From Longimicrobiales bacterium (GTDB lineage Bacteria; Gemmatimonadota; Gemmatimonadetes; Longimicrobiales; Gaopeijiaceae): DNA of 64,000 bases. The translations under genes were made by a program, and so were the position numbers. This document shows positions 59,952 through 64,000 of this stretch, in pieces. A model generated the notes under the pieces. It had not been told where the DNA came from, searched no databases, and saw only the letters and a list, made by a program, of their open reading frames with translations. The stretch lies in the NCBI GenBank assembly GCA_965198065.1, contig CBDAON010000004.1:2176001-2240000 (forward strand), given 5' to 3'. Each line of letters begins with the position of its first letter. The first letter of the stretch is position 1.

Positions 59952-61027
59952 AGGTCGAGCATGGCTCCGTCCAACTCCGTCTCCCGAATGATGCGGTGCC
60001 ACTCGACCAGGCGCGTGTACCACTCGAGCGTGATCGTGCGGGGCGTCCACGCGAGCGTACCCGCCTCCAGTGCCTCGTAGACCTCTCGGGCGCCGTCCTC
60101 GGCCCCGCGGCGTGCGTGCCAGCCGAGGGCCTCGATCTTTCGGAAATCCACGCGATAGGATCGCTCGTCGGGATCGCCGTACCACTCGATCTCGACGGGC
60201 CGAGGCAAGACGTCGTCCACAATCCGCCCCAGCGGGCCGATCTGGTAGTTGTTCTGCTCCGACCCGACGTTGAAGATCTCCCCCGAGATCAGTTCGACCG
60301 GCGCGGTCAGCATGAAGGCCATCGGCGGCGTCCATCACGTGCACCATCGGCCGCCACTGCATCCCGTCGCGCATGAGGGGGAGCCTCCCAGGGAGCCTCC
60401 CCGTCTTCCAGGCCCCATACGTCATGCCGTTGATCGCCAGGTCGAATCGCATGCGCGGGGAGCATCCGTACACCGTGGCCTGGCGCACCACGACCACGCA
60501 GAAGCCGTCGTCCGCCAGGGCGCGGACCTCCTCCTCCGCACGCAGGTTGGCCTGCGCGTATGTGGTGAGGGGTCGGGTGGGGCTGGTCTCGTCCGCGATC
60601 CTGTCGGGGTCCTGCCAGCCGTAGATGCTGCACGATGACGGGAGCACGTAGCGGCGTGCCCCCGCCGCCTTTGCGAGCCGGGCGGTGCGTGCGCGGGCCC
60701 GGTGGTTGACCGCCCAGGTCGTGGGGCCGAAGGTCTCGCCTGTGGGGTCGTTGGAGAGGGCCGCCAGGTCGATCACATGATCCACCCCGGCCAGGTGCTC
60801 GGGTCTGATCCGGCGCGTGTCCTCGCGAACCACCTCCAGATGCTCGTGAGGCGAGAGGAGATCACGGCCAAGAAGAAGCGGTCGAGCGCCCGGACGGCGT
60901 ATCCGCGCTCGAGCAGGAGGGGTACCAGCGTGGTCCCGATGTACCCGCCGCCCCCCGTTACGAGGACGCGCTCCCACGGGCGCCCTTCCGCCCCGGCGTC
61001 CCCGTCCCTCGCGCTGTCCGGGTTCAC
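59948..61027 (-). pseudogene. NAD-dependent epimerase/dehydratase with two frameshifts (near 60870 and 60324)
   Basis: VLVTGGGGYIG, DLAALSNDP..SSCSIYG..RMRFDL and IFNVG..DERSYRVDF lie in three different frames. Confidence 0.85.
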
Positions 61028-61582
61028 TCGAACAGGTCCGGCTGATCTGCCAGGAGCGGCCACTGCCGATCCCGGTCCGAGAGCACGGGATCGGCGGCCG
61101 GTTCGGGCCAGTCGATCGCCAGGGCCGGATCGTTCCACCGGATCCCCCTCTCGTGCGCTCCGGGGACCAGTGGCTGGTGAGCTTGTGTACACGACCTCGG
61201 TGTTCGGCTCCAGCGTACAGAACCCGTGGGCGAACCCGATGGGCACAAGGACCTGGTTCCACTCCGCGGCGCTCACGATCGCGCCCACCCATCGACCGAA
61301 CGTCGGCGATCTGCGCCGGAGATCCACCGCCACGTCGTAGATCGCGCCCCGGACGACCCGGACCACCTTGGCCTGTGTGGCGGGAGCGATCTGGTAGTGG
61401 AGCCCCCGGATCGTGCCCCGGGTCGGTGACAGCGTGTGGTTCTCCTGAACGATCTCCAGGTGGATGCCCTCGCCCGCCCAGCGCGCCCGGCTGTAGGTCT
61501 CCGACACGAAGCCGCGGTGGTCGGCGTGCTTCTCGGGGACGATCAGCTTCACGTCGGGGATGGCCGTCGCCACGATCGTCAC
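61024..61582 (-). pseudogene. rfbC: dTDP-4-dehydrorhamnose 3,5-epimerase with two frameshifts (near 61186 and 61156)
   Basis: DHRGF, RGLHYQ, DVAVDLR..SPTFG, GFAHGFCTL; then KLTSHWSPE and ERGIRWNDP in other frames. Confidence 0.88.
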
Positions 61583-62829
61583 GCCTCTCCCCCCACGGCG
61601 GCCCGCTCCCGCCTCCCCCCCGAGCCGGACAGCTCCTCGATGCGATCCACGAGGAACCGGCTCAGGGGAAAGGCGCAGGTGAAGGCCGGAGACACGGCGT
61701 TCAGCACGTGGAAGGAGCGGGCATCCCCCGCCCACCGGAAGTCCGTGTCGAGCCGGCGAGCCCGCACGTCCAAGAGCTGCGCCCGGATGCCGGCCCGGCC
61801 CCAGCGGCGGTAGCGGGATCGGTGGATCCCCGAGGCGAGATTGGCGGCCATGGACACCAGTCGCCGCCGGGAGTATTTCCGGATCTCCTCCCATGCGATC
61901 CGGCGGAACCCGAAGGCGTCGCTCAGGAGAAGGCCCGCTTCCCGCCACAGGATCTCGCCGCACTCCCCGGCGCGGAATCCAGCCAGGCCGCCGTACTGCT
62001 CCCGCCAGAAGGCCGGCACGGCGGTGGGACCGAGCTTGGCTCGACCGTTCACGGCCACGGTGATGTGCACGCCGAGGAAGGGGTTGCGGAGGTTCGGAAC
62101 GGGATAGAGGTGGGTGCGGAACCGCTCGCCCTCCTCTCCCAGGAGGTACAGCCCCTTGAAGGGGAGGAGCCGGTAGTCCAGGCCGTGCCCGAAGCCGTGG
62201 GCGACCCGGTCGGCGTAGAGCCCCGCGGCGTTCACCACATAGCCTGGTGAGATCCATCCGCGTGAGGTGGCGATGCCGCCCCTCGCCGGTTCGAGGTATC
62301 GTGTGTCGGTCTGGACCGCGATCCCGGCCGCCTTCGCGTCCTCGGCCAAGGCGGCCACGACGGCCGGGGCGTCCACCGAGCTGGTCGTGGGGGACCAGAG
62401 GGCGCGCCCGTGCGTGCGGGCCCTGGGCTCGATGCGCCGGGCGTCCGCCTCGGAGACCATCTCCACCTCGACCCCGTTGGCCCGTCCGCGCTGAAGAAGT
62501 TCGTCCAGCGCTCCGAGCTCGGCGTCGTTCCGCGCGATCACGAGCTTGCCGCAGCGGTTGATTGCCAGCCCCCGATCCTGGCAGTAGATCGTGAGCTCCC
62601 GGTTACCGTCCCGGCAGAAGCGGGCCTTCAAGCTCTCGGCCGAGTAGTAGAAGCCGGCGTGGAGCACGCCGGAGTTGCGCCCTGAGGCGTGGAGGCCCAG
62701 CCGCTGCTCCTTCTCGAGGAGGAGCACGCGGGCGGAGCCCTGGCGCCGCTTGATCTCGAGGGCGAGCGTCAGGCCGAGGATCCCGCCGCCGATGACGGCG
62801 AAGTCCGGGGTTCGGTCGGGTCCGCTCAT
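61579..62829 (-). CDS. lhgO: L-2-hydroxyglutarate oxidase-like FAD oxidoreductase
   Basis: IGGGILG, HASGRNSGVLHAGFYY, NAAGLYAD, YPVP..PFLGVH, GIRAQ, NAVSPAFT. Confidence 0.85.
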   Translation of the reverse strand: MSGPDRTPDFAVIGGGILGLTLALEIKRRQGSARVLLLEKEQRLGLHASGRNSGVLHAGFYYSAESLKARFCRDGNRELTIYCQDRGLAINRCGKLVIARNDAELGALDELLQRGRANGVEVEMVSEADARRIEPRARTHGRALWSPTTSSVDAPAVVAALAEDAKAAGIAVQTDTRYLEPARGGIATSRGWISPGYVVNAAGLYADRVAHGFGHGLDYRLLPFKGLYLLGEEGERFRTHLYPVPNLRNPFLGVHITVAVNGRAKLGPTAVPAFWREQYGGLAGFRAGECGEILWREAGLLLSDAFGFRRIAWEEIRKYSRRRLVSMAANLASGIHRSRYRRWGRAGIRAQLLDVRARRLDTDFRWAGDARSFHVLNAVSPAFTCAFPLSRFLVDRIEELSGSGGRRERAAVGGEA

Positions 62830-62881
62830 GGAGTGGAGAACATAAGGCCGACGGATGGACAATGGTTAGGAGCGGCGGAGC

Positions 62882-63985
62882 GTGACGGCCCCTGGCGGCG
62901 CCGGCGCTGGGCGGCGGCCCCGGATCCTCCACGTGGTGGGGGCCCGGCCGAACCTCGTGAAGATCGCTCCGCTCCTCAGGACGCTGGAGCGGGAGGGCTG
63001 GTCCGAAAACGTCCTGGTGCACACGGGGCAGCACTACGACGACGGGATGTCGGGGGCGCACTTCCGGGATCTGGGGCTCAGGCCTCCGGACGTAAACCTG
63101 GGGGTGGGCTCCGGCACCCATGCGCAGCAGACGGCCGCCGCGCTCATCAGCCTGGAAGAGGTGATCGAGGGGCGCTCCCCGGATCTCGTCGTCGTCGTGG
63201 GGGACGTGAAATCGACGCTCGCGGGGGCCCTCACGGCCGTGAAGCTCGGCGTTCCGGTGGCGCACTTGGAGGCGGGGCTCAGGAGCGGGGATCGCTCCAT
63301 GCCGGAGGAGATCAACCGGATCGTGACCGACCAGGTCGCCGCGCTCCTCCTCACCCCGAGCCGCGACGCAGACGCGAACCTCAGGGCCGAGGGGATCCCG
63401 GAATCGAGGATCCGCTTCGTCGGGAACATCATGATCGACTCCCTGAACGAGCACCTCGATCGGGCGCGGGCGATCGATCTCTCCCGGATCCTGGGCGTAC
63501 CGCCCGGCACCAAGACCGTCGGCGAAGGCTCCGCGGCTCCTCAGGCCCGGTACGCGCTCGTGACCCTGCATCGGCCGTCCAATGTGGACGAGCCGGACGT
63601 GCTCCGCGAGATCGTCTCCGCGCTGGTCGAGCTTGCGCGGGAGCTGCCGGTGGTCTTCCCCGTCCATCCGCGAACCAGAGCGCGGATGGCGGAGTTGGGC
63701 CTCGAGGTGACGGGGGTCCGAACCCTCGACCCCGTGGGGTACCGGGAGATGCTGGCCCTCGAGGCCCGTGCCGCGGTAGTGCTCACCGATTCCGGTGGCG
63801 TCCAGGAGGAAACGACCGTGCTGGGCGTCCCGTGCGTCACCCTTCGGGACTCGACCGAGCGGCCCGTCACCGTGACCCACGGCACGAACCGGCTTGTGCC
63901 GGACCGGAGCCGCGAAGCGATCCTCCGGGCCACGCGGGACGCGCTCGGCGGGCCCCCGCGGCGAGACGGTCCGCCGGAGGGGTGA
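62882..63985 (+). CDS. wecB: UDP-GlcNAc 2-epimerase (non-hydrolysing), probably truncated by a TGG-to-TGA change
   Basis: VGARPN, HTGQHYD, HLEAGLRS, MPEEINR, TDSGGVQEE, TERP; reads PEG*DGRVA where WDG is expected. Confidence 0.9.
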   Translation: MTAPGGAGAGRRPRILHVVGARPNLVKIAPLLRTLEREGWSENVLVHTGQHYDDGMSGAHFRDLGLRPPDVNLGVGSGTHAQQTAAALISLEEVIEGRSPDLVVVVGDVKSTLAGALTAVKLGVPVAHLEAGLRSGDRSMPEEINRIVTDQVAALLLTPSRDADANLRAEGIPESRIRFVGNIMIDSLNEHLDRARAIDLSRILGVPPGTKTVGEGSAAPQARYALVTLHRPSNVDEPDVLREIVSALVELARELPVVFPVHPRTRARMAELGLEVTGVRTLDPVGYREMLALEARAAVVLTDSGGVQEETTVLGVPCVTLRDSTERPVTVTHGTNRLVPDRSREAILRATRDALGGPPRRDGPPEG

Positions 63986-64000
63986 GACGGGCGGGTAGCC

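Noticed and set aside
59040..61292. 750-aa ORF looking like an epimerase-RfbD fusion
   Set aside because: An artefact of frameshifts; rfbD has its own GTG at 59951 overlapping the epimerase stop.
58479..63985. Stop-codon recoding (pyrrolysine, selenocysteine or an alternative code) to explain the in-frame TAG and TGA
   Set aside because: TAG and TGA both terminate conserved ribosomal and housekeeping genes here, and the surrounding locus is decaying.

Overview
GC-rich bacterial chromosome segment. The gene content and protein N-termini suggest Gemmatimonadota (inference). 1-30 kb is housekeeping: ccdA, an ABC exporter, anmK, a peptidase/propeller/Omp85-type outer-membrane protein, an intein-containing class II ribonucleotide reductase under tandem NrdR boxes, rocD, a DksA-like gene, rnd, a broken pyk, pgi, smpB, an amidase, a single pyrD-pyrF ORF and cysS. 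30-48 kb is a tRNA cluster (Thr-Tyr-Gly-Thr) plus tuf, joined directly to an intact S10-spc-alpha ribosomal superoperon. 48-64 kb is a surface-polysaccharide locus in advanced decay (truncations, internal deletions, frameshifts, nonsense codons). It contains a complete 2580-bp IS1595-family element (24-bp perfect TIRs, 8-bp TSD) carrying an AT-richer Fic gene and a 63-aa AT-hook-like micro-ORF. Best leads: the IS1595 cargo architecture, a Pfu RIR1-1-like intein with an apparently dead endonuclease, a long structured RNA ahead of rpsM, the tufB-to-rpsJ junction, the PyrD-PyrF fusion and an ATA start on rplQ. All homology calls are by eye and from recalled motifs; no searches were run.
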